Source of the DNA: Bacteriovoracia bacterium
GTDB lineage: Bacteria > Bdellovibrionota > UBA1018 > JBFWNL01
Direction: 5' to 3'
NCBI GenBank assembly: GCA_050251055.1
Contig: JBFWNL010000002.1
Location: forward strand, 351,961-415,960
Length of the DNA: 64,000 bases
The translations under genes and the position numbers were made by a program. Positions 48,007-57,531 of the stretch are shown here, piece after piece. Under the pieces are notes generated by a model. The model saw only the letters and a list, made by a program, of their open reading frames with translations, was not told where the DNA came from and made no database searches. How positions within the stretch are numbered: the stretch's first letter is position 1; the number at the start of each line of letters is the position of its first letter.

Positions 48007-50769
48007 ATGCACACGTATGCAGATGGACGGGCGGGCAGCTCGACCTTGACTCTACTCGTGCTTTTCGCGGCGGCTGGCGCGACGGCCTGGACATATATCG
48101 GCTCTGCGCATTGGCAGCTGGCCGCGTTCTCGCACCGGACTCTAGAAACCTCGCGCATCGAGAACGACCTACGCAATTTTGCGAACCGAGTCATGCCGCT
48201 CGTAAAGAACTCCGCCTGCGGCGCTCCCGGAGACTGGCGCGAGCTTCGTTTCTTGCCTTCGGCGGGCACGCCCATCCCCCCACCCCTCGAGGGAGATGTC
48301 AATGACGACAATCGGGTCGACTCGGCGGACCTTGGAATCGTATTGGCCACTTGGGGGCAAGTACCAGGATATGTTCCGGGACAGCCTTCCATTCGCTCCG
48401 ATTTCAACCGGGATGGACTGGTGAACTCCGTCGATCTAACGGTGATCCTCTCGCATTGGGGTGATCGGCGCGATCCACCGGCGGACGACGAAAATAGCGT
48501 ACCCGTGGTCGGCCCGGCCGGCGTCCGCGCCTGGTGCCAACTGCCCGCGAACGGGGGGGCCCAGGACAAAGTCGCGAAGTTCTCCCGCTTCCAACCTTCC
48601 ACTTCTACTCAGAACGCATTAATTACGATTCACGTCGCCTGGCAGGAAGTTCCCGCCGCCTATCCAGGAGTTGGCGGATGGAACGACTACATTCGCGTCA
48701 CGGAACCGACCCGACCCATTTATCAACAAACCAGCGCGACCTCCGACTGCACGGTCAATGGTAATCAAAGTGCGAGCATCTGCGTCCATGCCGGGGAGCT
48801 ACGCCGATTTGTTTTTCGCCACCACCGCACCTGTGGGGATATCCGTATCGAAGACGCATTAAACGCATTCCGATGGGAATGCCAGGATCAGGACGGATTC
48901 GTAACCGCGTACTCACTAGGACTGCGGCCCGGACGCGGACTTAAGGACTTAGTCGACCTCGGGGGCTGGAAGCAAAATTCCGTCCGCCTCGTTAGTCGTC
49001 TTCACGCGACCCTGGTGGCGGAAACCGCCCGTTCCGCTTGGTGGAGAAATCCCGTGCGGAATATTCCCGCTTCCGAACCCGATGCCGTTTCTCCCGTCCA
49101 ACTCGGAGGGGAAGTGGGAACGATCTGGATCGCCGAGCGTCATTCCACCGCACCGGGATACCGCGTTACCGCCGATCGAGCGGCGGTGGTCACCCTGCCC
49201 GGCGCATCCTTGGGTTACCGATCGCGGGATCCGAATGCAACTCCTTGCCATGATTCAACCGTCGGGACCAATTTCCGTTGCGTAATCTTCACCGACGAAG
49301 GGATGGGCGAACGGCGTCATCTTTGGATCGAAGCCGACATCGTATCCTCCAACAACGATGGTCACGCCTGGTTCGCCCTGGTACCGACGGCCCACGCCAG
49401 CTCCGGCTCCTCAGCTTCGATCGGCGTGTTTCTGCAGAATACCCATCTCTCGCGGATTCACCAACTAAGGGTAGTCGGCGTCTCCGGGCAAGACGGAGAT
49501 TCTTGCCGTGGAGGGGACGGACTGCGGCTGTCGGGGTCCCACGGCAACCGGGTGACGGAAGTCGAGCTAGCGACGAATTCTTGCTACGGCATGAATCTCT
49601 CGGCCTCGAACGGGAACTATATTCATCGGCTGCGCGTCGCAAACAACGGCGCGGGAGTCCGGCTGTGGAACTCGCGGCAAAACAGGTTCACTCACCTGAT
49701 AGTCTCGAATCACGGCAATATACTCGATCCTCAGGCCGGCGTGGGACTGCGCATCGGCGGAGCCACTCCGGCCGAAGGCGGGGAGAACGTCGTCCAGCAA
49801 GCGACAATTTTCTCCAACTCGGGCGACGGCATTCGATTGGAGTCCGCGCGCAATTACTTGGTGGCCGTGACCACGGCGCAAAATCGCAATGGCGTTATGG
49901 TCACGGGGGCCGAAAACGTAATTCACAATCTAACGGCCCATCGCAACCTCGACGCCGGAGTTCGTTTCTTTGGCGGTGGAGGCCGGACGATCAGTCACGT
50001 AGTGAGTAGTCGAAACCGCAATATGGGAGTTTCCGTCGCGGCCACCGACGCAGCCTACGGGGTGGACATTTTTCGCGGGCTCCTAGTATTGGGCCAAAAC
50101 GGCCAGAATTGCCTGGGCTTTCCGGAGGACCCACGCGCGCCCATACAAACCGGCGAAAGCTGCCTGCTTCGGGACGCCACGGGTATAGTACAACTGGGTG
50201 CGGACACGGAAGCAAGTTTTCTAGGCCCATTGATGGAAGACGATTCCGTAAACTCGTCGGATCTGGCGGGCGGTGCCGTCGTCGGTATCGCGCCGCCCGA
50301 CTTTGACTGGTTCGGCTTCGCTTCCGCCAGACGGGCGTGGGGCCAAGCGGACCCTCACCGCGCCGAACTCTGTGGCAGCTGTCGCATTTGGGACTGGGAC
50401 CTCAGCCCCCTACCGGCTTCTCCCCTTTACCGGCACACTGCCCGGGGAATCGCCGGGATCCAAAGCGAATTTCCCTCGCTTCCGGACCAGGCCTGCCCGC
50501 CGGAGTTAAGTTCTCCGGAAAATGTCACACACCACGGAAGTGTCGGTTATCTTACCGTCGCGATCGAAGTGTCTGGGGACGTCGGCATATCCATGGGAAA
50601 CGACAACGGTATATGCGAAACTTCGGAGCGCTGCATCTACACGCCCAACTTCGGATCCGACCAGAACGACGGTCGACCGAACTCGATCGAGCAAACTTGC
50701 CAGCTCGAAGATCTGCCCGAGTTCAGAAATATGCGAGTTCACGGCTTCACGTGGGGAAATCAGCTATGA
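48007..50769 (+). CDS. Giant secreted protein: pilin-like N-terminal helix, dockerin-like repeats, right-handed parallel beta-helix (PbH1-like) repeats
   Basis: N-terminus GRAGSSTLTLLVLFAAAGATAW. GDVNDDNRVDSADLGIVLATWG...DFNRDGLVNSVDLTVILSHWG dockerin-type repeats. Tandem ~22-aa repeats (NNGAGVRLWNSRQN / SNSGDGIRLESARN / QNRNGVMVTGAEN / HRNLDAGVRFFGG) typical of pectate-lyase-like beta-helices. Cysteine-rich C-terminus. Confidence 0.6.
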   Translation: MHTYADGRAGSSTLTLLVLFAAAGATAWTYIGSAHWQLAAFSHRTLETSRIENDLRNFANRVMPLVKNSACGAPGDWRELRFLPSAGTPIPPPLEGDVNDDNRVDSADLGIVLATWGQVPGYVPGQPSIRSDFNRDGLVNSVDLTVILSHWGDRRDPPADDENSVPVVGPAGVRAWCQLPANGGAQDKVAKFSRFQPSTSTQNALITIHVAWQEVPAAYPGVGGWNDYIRVTEPTRPIYQQTSATSDCTVNGNQSASICVHAGELRRFVFRHHRTCGDIRIEDALNAFRWECQDQDGFVTAYSLGLRPGRGLKDLVDLGGWKQNSVRLVSRLHATLVAETARSAWWRNPVRNIPASEPDAVSPVQLGGEVGTIWIAERHSTAPGYRVTADRAAVVTLPGASLGYRSRDPNATPCHDSTVGTNFRCVIFTDEGMGERRHLWIEADIVSSNNDGHAWFALVPTAHASSGSSASIGVFLQNTHLSRIHQLRVVGVSGQDGDSCRGGDGLRLSGSHGNRVTEVELATNSCYGMNLSASNGNYIHRLRVANNGAGVRLWNSRQNRFTHLIVSNHGNILDPQAGVGLRIGGATPAEGGENVVQQATIFSNSGDGIRLESARNYLVAVTTAQNRNGVMVTGAENVIHNLTAHRNLDAGVRFFGGGGRTISHVVSSRNRNMGVSVAATDAAYGVDIFRGLLVLGQNGQNCLGFPEDPRAPIQTGESCLLRDATGIVQLGADTEASFLGPLMEDDSVNSSDLAGGAVVGIAPPDFDWFGFASARRAWGQADPHRAELCGSCRIWDWDLSPLPASPLYRHTARGIAGIQSEFPSLPDQACPPELSSPENVTHHGSVGYLTVAIEVSGDVGISMGNDNGICETSERCIYTPNFGSDQNDGRPNSIEQTCQLEDLPEFRNMRVHGFTWGNQL

Positions 50770-51266
50770 AGACGCACGGCCAGCACCCACAGATAGGGGG
50801 GTTCACGTTGATCGAAACCACCATCACGCTGGCGATCCTGATGTCGGCCATCTGGGCTCATGCAAGCATGGAATCCCAATCGCGACGCTGGCGTGAAAAC
50901 GTGGCTCGCCGCTGGCAGGCGCAAAACACGGCGGAGAATATCGCCGACATGATCGGGACACTGGATGCGGAAGGATTTAAAGCACTGATCCTGACTCGTG
51001 CTACGGGTTTGAGCTACCTCGAACCGATGCGGTCACCGGATCACCCTTGGTTGTCGGCTTGGCTCCACCGTCCGGACCAGGAAGCCATAGAGGTTTCCGT
51101 CGCCCTCTACTATCCGACCCACCCGTCGGTGCGCCTAGACACCCTTCCCGTCTCGCTTGCCGATTTCAATCCGTTCTCCTTTGAACGCGAAATCACGGTG
51201 ACCGTGTCTTATCTTAACCCTTCGTCAAGGACATATGTATGGACCACGCGCCTTTCCCACGATTGA
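50766..51266 (+). CDS. Type IV pilin/pseudopilin-like protein (prepilin N-terminal cleavage/methylation motif)
   Basis: MKTHGQHPQIGG|FTLIETTITLAILMSAI, the canonical G/FTLIE prepilin motif. ATGA overlap with the giant gene stop. Confidence 0.7.
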   Translation: MKTHGQHPQIGGFTLIETTITLAILMSAIWAHASMESQSRRWRENVARRWQAQNTAENIADMIGTLDAEGFKALILTRATGLSYLEPMRSPDHPWLSAWLHRPDQEAIEVSVALYYPTHPSVRLDTLPVSLADFNPFSFEREITVTVSYLNPSSRTYVWTTRLSHD

Positions 51267-51874
51267 ACGATGGCCAGGGTTTCGGACTCCTTGAATTGAT
51301 GGCGTTTCTCGCGGTGAGCACGACTCTGGGTCTGGCTGTGCTCAACTTTTCCACCTCGGGTTTCCAGATGCGACTTGGCGTCACTCGTGGGTCGGAAATA
51401 CACCGCGATGCCCTACTCGCGGCGGAGACTCTTCGCAAGGACGTCCGGCGCGCCGACACTATCCGCTTGGTTGGTGCCCGGCTCGAACTAGGGGTTCGTG
51501 AGTTCGAATCCGACTCGGGTCAGACTCTGACCGGTGAAATCATTTACGAAATACAACCCGCCCCGTGCATGAATCCGGGCAGGCGCGCTTGCGTGAGCTT
51601 GCGCCGAACCCGGGTGCTTCCCAATTCCGAATTCACCCAAACCCTAGCGAACTTGCAAAACCTGGAGTGGTGCGTGCCGTCGGCTAGCTCCGCCTGCATA
51701 ATTACTAGCCTGGAACACGCCCTGCCCACCCGCTTAACTTCTCGAAAGCTGGAAGCCGCGTTTCACTTTTCCACGATTTCACCACCCATCACGCTCATCG
51801 TAGACCTTCAGAATCGTATAAATTCGAATAGCCAAGGACTTAAGAGTACAACCGTCGTGATCGGCGCCAACTAA
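51263..51874 (+). CDS. Type IV pilin/pseudopilin-like protein (second copy)
   Basis: GQG|FGLLELMAFLAVSTTLG prepilin motif with E5. Start chosen at TTG 51263 (TTGA overlap with the previous stop), giving a 6-aa leader MNDGQG. The track ATG at 51239 gives a 14-aa leader. Confidence 0.6.
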   Translation: MNDGQGFGLLELMAFLAVSTTLGLAVLNFSTSGFQMRLGVTRGSEIHRDALLAAETLRKDVRRADTIRLVGARLELGVREFESDSGQTLTGEIIYEIQPAPCMNPGRRACVSLRRTRVLPNSEFTQTLANLQNLEWCVPSASSACIITSLEHALPTRLTSRKLEAAFHFSTISPPITLIVDLQNRINSNSQGLKSTTVVIGAN

Positions 51875-51968
51875 CGCACCACCGCATCCGGAAATACCGC
51901 TGGAGAAGCATACAGATTATCCACACCCTTCGATTGCCGGGTCGAACTATTCCAGATAGAACCACGGA

Positions 51969-52241
51969 ATGAAAAGCTACTTCCGCATCACCGGCTTCGC
52001 CACGCTGTTTTGCACGGTCTTGGTGGGCTGGTTCTCGCCCCATGTAATCGGTTGGTACTTCACGCCCCCCGTGGACCTCTCCGTGAGCTGCGGGCCGGCG
52101 GTCGCCTGGGGAATCGACACCTACCGAAAAGTGATGGCTTGGGGGGCGCTAGGTGGGTTCGTCCTCGCGACGGCGCTCTTTATCTTGGTGAAGATGCGCA
52201 AGGGCGGCGGCGCCCAGTCCGGCAAACTGAACACGCCCTAA
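51969..52241 (+). CDS. Small membrane protein (2 transmembrane helices, 90 aa)
   Basis: Two hydrophobic helices and a basic C-terminus. Confidence 0.4.
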   Translation: MKSYFRITGFATLFCTVLVGWFSPHVIGWYFTPPVDLSVSCGPAVAWGIDTYRKVMAWGALGGFVLATALFILVKMRKGGGAQSGKLNTP

Positions 52242-52262
52242 CCCGTGCATCCTCCATTTTGA

Positions 52263-52874
52263 TTACTTCGCGAACACTTGGCTCAAAAGCTTGACGTACG
52301 AGCCGTCGGTAAAAAAGTCGAGCGCCATGCGGTTATGCGGCATCCCGCTGCCTTGGCTCGGCACACGCTTGCCAACGGTAATTCCGCGGTGGCTGCCATC
52401 CGCACGATGCACGTCCGTCAAGCCGACGAGCCAAGAATCTACGTTCTGGTAGTAAGTGTAATTCAACTCGACGTTCTCCGGGATGACTTCGGGCAAACGT
52501 TCGCGGAAAAACTTCGGCACAATATCCAACGTGATCATTAATGGAATGCGAATCGTCGCCGTGGCGGGATCCGCTTCCAAGCACTCGGCGATCTCCAGCG
52601 CGGCGACCGCTCCCCAACTGTGGCCCGTCAGCACGAGCGTGCCCAGCGTTCCTTCGAGATACTCCTCCTTGATCTCCAAGCAAGCTTCTTCCCACTCGCT
52701 GTTATGCATAATGGTGAACCGAGGCGCCGCTCCGAACGCGCGCACCTGCTTCGCCACCTCGTCGGCGGCATTGCGAAAGCGTTCGCTTTGATAATCCACG
52801 GGTCCGCCCGTGAAGTAGAATACTCGGTCACCCGCCAGTGCCTGGCTGAGAAACAACAATAAAAATGTAAACAT
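52263..52874 (-). CDS. Secreted lipase/esterase (alpha/beta hydrolase, GHSWG nucleophile motif)
   Basis: Signal peptide MFTFLLLFLSQALAG. LTGHSWGAVAALE (GxSxG). Confidence 0.6.
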   Translation of the reverse strand: MFTFLLLFLSQALAGDRVFYFTGGPVDYQSERFRNAADEVAKQVRAFGAAPRFTIMHNSEWEEACLEIKEEYLEGTLGTLVLTGHSWGAVAALEIAECLEADPATATIRIPLMITLDIVPKFFRERLPEVIPENVELNYTYYQNVDSWLVGLTDVHRADGSHRGITVGKRVPSQGSGMPHNRMALDFFTDGSYVKLLSQVFAK

Positions 52875-52991
52875 GCCCGGTCCCCCCGAAATCTCATCTC
52901 ACCCGTGGTGGCCCAGACGTACCAAACCCATGCGCGACTTGCCTAGGTTTTTCCTGGGCATTTGGGTTTTTCCTAAGTAAAAGTAATTTCT

Positions 52992-53693
52992 ATGAAAAAA
53001 GACTCAAAACGGATCGCATTAGTCACCGGCGGAAACCGGGGGATCGGGCTGGAGATCTGCCGCTCTTTGTCGGCCAAGGGCTACCACGTGCTGCTCGCCG
53101 CCCGTTCAGCGGAAAAAGGCAAACCCGCCGCCGACGAGATCGGCGCCCATTTTCTACGACTCGATGTCGCCGATGAAGACAGCGTCAGAGAAGCTTACGC
53201 TCATGTCGCCAAGGAATTCGGCCGCCTGGACGTACTGGTAAACAACGCGGGCGTGATGCTGGATTCCCGCCAGGATCCCACCGCTTTTGAAGCCGATCCC
53301 GAAACCATCACGGAAACTTTCCAAACCAACACCTTGGGCCCTTTCCTAATGTGCCAAGCCTTCATTCCCCTCATGAAGAAAAACGGTTACGGCCGCGTGG
53401 TGAATATTTCCAGCGGCATGGGCCAGCTCTCCCAGATGAACGGCGGCTATCCCGCCTACCGCATTTCCAAGACCGCGCTCAACACCGTCACCCGCATTTT
53501 CGCCGACGAGCTGCGCGACACGAACGTGCTCGTAAATTCCGTTTGCCCGGGCTGGGTGAAAACCGAGATGGGTGGCGAGGGCGCGAACCGTTCGCTCGCG
53601 GAAGGCGCCGACACGCCGGTTTGGCTGGCAACGCTCCCGGACGGGAGCCCCAGCGGCCGCTTCTTCCGCGACCGCAAGGAAATCGACTGGTAG
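52992..53693 (+). CDS. Short-chain dehydrogenase/reductase (SDR)
   Basis: TGGNRGIG cofactor motif, NNAG, YxxxK (YRISK). Confidence 0.8.
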   Translation: MKKDSKRIALVTGGNRGIGLEICRSLSAKGYHVLLAARSAEKGKPAADEIGAHFLRLDVADEDSVREAYAHVAKEFGRLDVLVNNAGVMLDSRQDPTAFEADPETITETFQTNTLGPFLMCQAFIPLMKKNGYGRVVNISSGMGQLSQMNGGYPAYRISKTALNTVTRIFADELRDTNVLVNSVCPGWVKTEMGGEGANRSLAEGADTPVWLATLPDGSPSGRFFRDRKEIDW

Positions 53694-53700
53694 TTCCCAA

Positions 53701-54438
53701 ATGGGAATTGCCGTTCACATCCTGGCGGCGCTCGGCGATCACGCCAATTACATCTATATCCTGCGAGACGAAGCTGAGGATTATACGGTTGCCGTGGATC
53801 CCGGCGAAGCAAGACCCGTGCTGGAGTTCCTTCAACCGCGCGGATGGAAGCTTTCGGCGATCTGGAATACACACCACCACTGGGATCACAAAGATGGCAA
53901 CTTGCCGCTGAAGAGCGCGACCGGTTGCCGAATTTACGGCCCCGCGAAGGAGCGCGACCGAATTCCCGGGCTGGACGAAGCACTCCAGGAAGGTGACGAG
54001 GTCCCCCTGGGAACCGCGCGCGCACGTGCGCTGGAAATACCCGGACACACCCTAGGGCACATGGCCTATTGGTTGGAATCAGAAAGCGCGCTTTTTCCGG
54101 GCGATACGCTCTTTGCGTTGGGTTGCGGCCGCCTCTTCGAGGGCACGCCGGAAATGATGCGCCAGTCGCTCGCACGCTTGGCTCAACTTCCGCCCCATAC
54201 GCGAATTTATTGCGGGCACGAATACACCGAAACCAACTTGCGATTCGCGCTCGCGCAGGCGCCCGGGCGGCCCGACCTGCTGGAGTATAAAAAAGAAATC
54301 TCCGCCCTACGCGCTCAAGGCGAGCCCACGCTTCCCACGCTCCTTTCACGCGAACTCGCGCTCAACCCGTTTTTACAAGCACGGGAAGCTCCCGCCGAGT
54401 TCGCGCGTCTGCGCGGGCTGCGCGATCGTTTTCGCTGA
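53701..54438 (+). CDS. gloB: Hydroxyacylglutathione hydrolase (glyoxalase II), metallo-beta-lactamase fold
   Basis: THHHWDH metal-binding motif, GHT, CGHEY. ~245 aa. Confidence 0.8.
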   Translation: MGIAVHILAALGDHANYIYILRDEAEDYTVAVDPGEARPVLEFLQPRGWKLSAIWNTHHHWDHKDGNLPLKSATGCRIYGPAKERDRIPGLDEALQEGDEVPLGTARARALEIPGHTLGHMAYWLESESALFPGDTLFALGCGRLFEGTPEMMRQSLARLAQLPPHTRIYCGHEYTETNLRFALAQAPGRPDLLEYKKEISALRAQGEPTLPTLLSRELALNPFLQAREAPAEFARLRGLRDRFR

Positions 54439-54565
54439 AAACCACGCAAAATCGGGCTTTTTTGTCAGTATTTTCGCCGAACTATCTGGTTGATTCGTAA
54501 TTTCCAATGTGGAATAGTGTTGATCCGTAACGTTCAATAAATCCTAAAAACGAAAGGAACCTCGC

Positions 54566-55828
54566 GTGGGACGCCTTGATTTCGGCAGGCACGCATCCAT
54601 CTGGATCGGCGCGGTCCTCGTTGGCCTCGCCGCGGTCCTCTACGCGAGCTTGGTTAACGTCGCCCAGGAAACCTTCTTCCGTTGGTTTGGAGCTCACTCC
54701 ATTCTTACCTCGGCGGCGGCGCCCTTCGCCTTCCTTATCGCCACCTGGATCGTGCGCCACTTTGCGCCGCACGCCAAAGGCAGTGGGATCCCGCAGGTGC
54801 TCGAAGCGGTTGAGGCCGGACGCCGACCGGGAGAGGAACATCTCGCGTGGGCTTCTCCCCTGGTTTCCCTGAAAACCGCGGTTTTCAAGGTTTTGTCCTC
54901 CGCGGTGGGCATCCTTGGCGGAGCCTCCATCGGGCGCGAGGGCCCAACCGTCCAAATCGCGGCATCGGTTTTCGCATGGGTAGGGAGGCGCACGCGCCGG
55001 TTTGTTCCCCACGTCGAGTTACCTTCTTACTTGATGGCGGGAGCGGCGGCCGGCGTCGCGGCGGCGTTCAACACCCCGCTGGCCGGGATCACCTTCGCGA
55101 TCGAAGAGGTCGCCGACGGAGTGATCGGACCGTTCCGCCAACCCATGATCCTCGCCGTGATCATCTCCGGCATCACCGCCCAAGCGCTCATCGGAAACTA
55201 CCTCTACTTCGGCCGTCCGGCCGTATCTTCGCCGGACTTGCACGTCGCCTACCAAGCCATCATCATCGGTCTGGCGGGAGGCCTCGGAGGCGGCGTGTTT
55301 TCACGTTTGCTTGCCTTCCCCAAGGTCGTTCGGCTACCCACCCATTGGGCCATTCGCGCCTTCGTCTGCGGGGCCATCTGTGCGCTCATCGCGTATCTCA
55401 GCGATGGGGCCACGGCCGGGTCGGGCTACGAAGCGACCCAGCGCGCGCTGAACTCGTCGTCGGTCGAAGACGCGAGCGTCCTGGCTCCGGTTTGGAAAAT
55501 GACCACCACGGTGTTGTCCTATTTAGCCGGCATGGCGGGCGGGATTTTCTCCCCTAGCCTTTCCATCGGCGCAGGAATTGGGATTTCCATCGCGAAGCTC
55601 CTGCACTTCGTGAATTTTCGCACGTGCGCGCTGATGGGCATGGTCGCTTTTTTTTCCGGCGTGGTCCAGGCCCCCCTCTCCTCGGTGGTCATCGTAATGG
55701 AGATGACGGATCGCCACAGCCTGATCCTCCCCTTTCTCGTGGCGGCGTTTATCGGCCAGGCCGTCGGCAGGCTGCTCATGCCGGTTCCGCTTTACCACTT
55801 TTTAGCGAAACGAAACGACGAAGCTTGA
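54566..55828 (+). CDS. ClC-family voltage-gated chloride channel/antiporter
   Basis: GSGIPQV and GREGPTVQ selectivity-filter motifs. Multi-transmembrane. GTG start. Confidence 0.8.
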   Translation: MGRLDFGRHASIWIGAVLVGLAAVLYASLVNVAQETFFRWFGAHSILTSAAAPFAFLIATWIVRHFAPHAKGSGIPQVLEAVEAGRRPGEEHLAWASPLVSLKTAVFKVLSSAVGILGGASIGREGPTVQIAASVFAWVGRRTRRFVPHVELPSYLMAGAAAGVAAAFNTPLAGITFAIEEVADGVIGPFRQPMILAVIISGITAQALIGNYLYFGRPAVSSPDLHVAYQAIIIGLAGGLGGGVFSRLLAFPKVVRLPTHWAIRAFVCGAICALIAYLSDGATAGSGYEATQRALNSSSVEDASVLAPVWKMTTTVLSYLAGMAGGIFSPSLSIGAGIGISIAKLLHFVNFRTCALMGMVAFFSGVVQAPLSSVVIVMEMTDRHSLILPFLVAAFIGQAVGRLLMPVPLYHFLAKRNDEA

Positions 55829-55876
55829 TGAAACCCCTTAGCAAAAGCGCGGTTTCTGCGCTAAGGTCCGGGCTCC

Positions 55877-56956
55877 ATGGATAATCCAATGATGAAATGG
55901 CTGGGCGCAAGCGCGGATAAAGCCCCCCTTGCTTGGCTCATCATTTTTGCGACTTCCCTGCTCGTAACCCTGATTCTGAAGCTCGTCCTCCGGATCGTCT
56001 CCGGCCGACTCAGAAAACTCGCCGGAAGGGCGCCTACCATCTGGGCATCGGTCGGGTTGGACCTCGTGGACGGGCTGCGCGGATGGGTTCTTCATATCGG
56101 GACCTTCTACGTCTTGTCGCGGCCGCTGCCAGGAGAGGCCATTATTCACCGCGCGCTTTGGACGCTCACCGTTTTCGCGTCGTCTTTCCAGCTAGCGCTT
56201 TGGGGACTTCATCTGATTCGAAACTGGCGAAAAGCTTTCCTGGAAAGACGCGTGGAAAGCGACCCTTCTTCCTCCGCCGCCATCGGATTGATCTACAAAG
56301 CCATGCAGGCGGCTTTTCTCCTGCTGATTCTCATGATCGCCATGAGCAATCTGGGGATCGACATCAGCGCGCTGATCGCGAGCTTAGGCGTCGGCGGCAT
56401 CGCCGTCGCGCTCGCGGCCCAAAACGTACTGGGAGATTTATTGGCTTCCTTGTCCATCGTCTTCGACAAGCCCTTCGTAGTAGGCGACTTCATCGTTGCG
56501 GGTGACGCGCGCGGAACCGTCCTGCAGATCGGGATCAAGACCACGCGCCTGCGCAGCCTTTCCGGCGAAGAACTCGTGCTATCAAACAAGGATCTTCTCG
56601 AGAGCCGCATCCAGAACTTCAAACGAATGCAGGAACGGCGAGTGGTCCAGAAATTCGGGATCCTCTACTCCACGCCGGCCGAGAAAATCGAACAGGTCTC
56701 CGGGTGGGTACGCCAAATCATCGAGGCCCGGCCGAAGCTCCGTTTCGACCGCTGCCACTTCGCCGCCTACGGCGACTCATCGCTCGACTTTGAGTTCGTT
56801 TTTTACGTGCTCAATCCGGATTACAACGCTTTCATGGATCTCCAGCAGGAAGTACTGCTCGCCATGTTCCGGAAGTTTCGCGAAGAAGGCGTGGATTTCG
56901 CCTTCCCGACCCGCACGCTCTTTATCGAAAAGTCGGCAACGCCCACCGCGACGTGA
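55877..56956 (+). CDS. Mechanosensitive ion channel, MscS family
   Basis: Transmembrane helices followed by the MscS beta-domain pattern (GDFIVAGDARGTVLQIGIKTTRLRSLSGEELVLSN). Confidence 0.75.
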   Translation: MDNPMMKWLGASADKAPLAWLIIFATSLLVTLILKLVLRIVSGRLRKLAGRAPTIWASVGLDLVDGLRGWVLHIGTFYVLSRPLPGEAIIHRALWTLTVFASSFQLALWGLHLIRNWRKAFLERRVESDPSSSAAIGLIYKAMQAAFLLLILMIAMSNLGIDISALIASLGVGGIAVALAAQNVLGDLLASLSIVFDKPFVVGDFIVAGDARGTVLQIGIKTTRLRSLSGEELVLSNKDLLESRIQNFKRMQERRVVQKFGILYSTPAEKIEQVSGWVRQIIEARPKLRFDRCHFAAYGDSSLDFEFVFYVLNPDYNAFMDLQQEVLLAMFRKFREEGVDFAFPTRTLFIEKSATPTAT

Positions 56957-56978
56957 TCCCGCGACCTAAAGGTTCGCC

Positions 56979-57440
56979 TTAGCGCGCGCGCTCTAGCGCC
57001 TGCCGAGCGAATGCCTCATCCTCGGCGGCCGTGGCGCCACCGACGCCGATGCCGCCGATTTTCGGGCCCTTGCCCTCCACGGGCAGGCCACCGGCCACCG
57101 CCATCACGCCCGCGGCGGTGACGATCCCCAGATTTCCCCCACTCACCGCCTCGGCAAAGGCAGAAGTGGGCCGACGAAACGCGTTCGCGGACCGCGCTTT
57201 CTGGATCGCCGTCTCGATGCTGCCCAGATGGGCGCAAGCGTCGCGCTCAAAATAAAAAAGGTGTCCCCCTTCGTCCACGATCGCCACCGAAACGCACTTC
57301 CCCGCTTTGCGGGCGGCGCCGATCGCCTCACGGGCGAGGGTCGACGCGCTCTGGGCGGGATCGGGATTACCGGCAGACCAGGCCGGCGCGGTGGACAAAA
57401 CCAACCCCATCACTAAAACCAACGCGTAGATCATTTTCAT
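56979..57440 (-). CDS. Secreted GlcG/DUF336 (heme-binding-like) protein
   Basis: Signal peptide. DUF336 pattern (VAIVDEGGHLFYFERDA ... GGLPV..GK.IGGIGVGG). Confidence 0.6.
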   Translation of the reverse strand: MKMIYALVLVMGLVLSTAPAWSAGNPDPAQSASTLAREAIGAARKAGKCVSVAIVDEGGHLFYFERDACAHLGSIETAIQKARSANAFRRPTSAFAEAVSGGNLGIVTAAGVMAVAGGLPVEGKGPKIGGIGVGGATAAEDEAFARQALERAR

Positions 57441-57482
57441 GCTTCGTTACCTCGGGGGACAAAGTACGCTTTGTGGTTAAAT

Positions 57483-57497
57483 TAGTAAAATTTACTA
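57483..57497. promoter_or_regulatory. LysR-type operator-like palindrome TAGTAAA-A-TTTACTA (T-N11-A box) in the divergent intergenic region
   Basis: Perfect 7-bp inverted repeat in the AT-rich region between the glcG-like gene and lysR. Confidence 0.45.
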
Positions 57498-57531
57498 TTT
57501 TTATTTTAATAAGTAGTTATACTAATTATAA

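Noticed and set aside
54439-54565. Fluoride riboswitch upstream of the ClC gene
   Set aside because: The crcB-motif consensus elements are absent; only protein-operator-like repeats are present.
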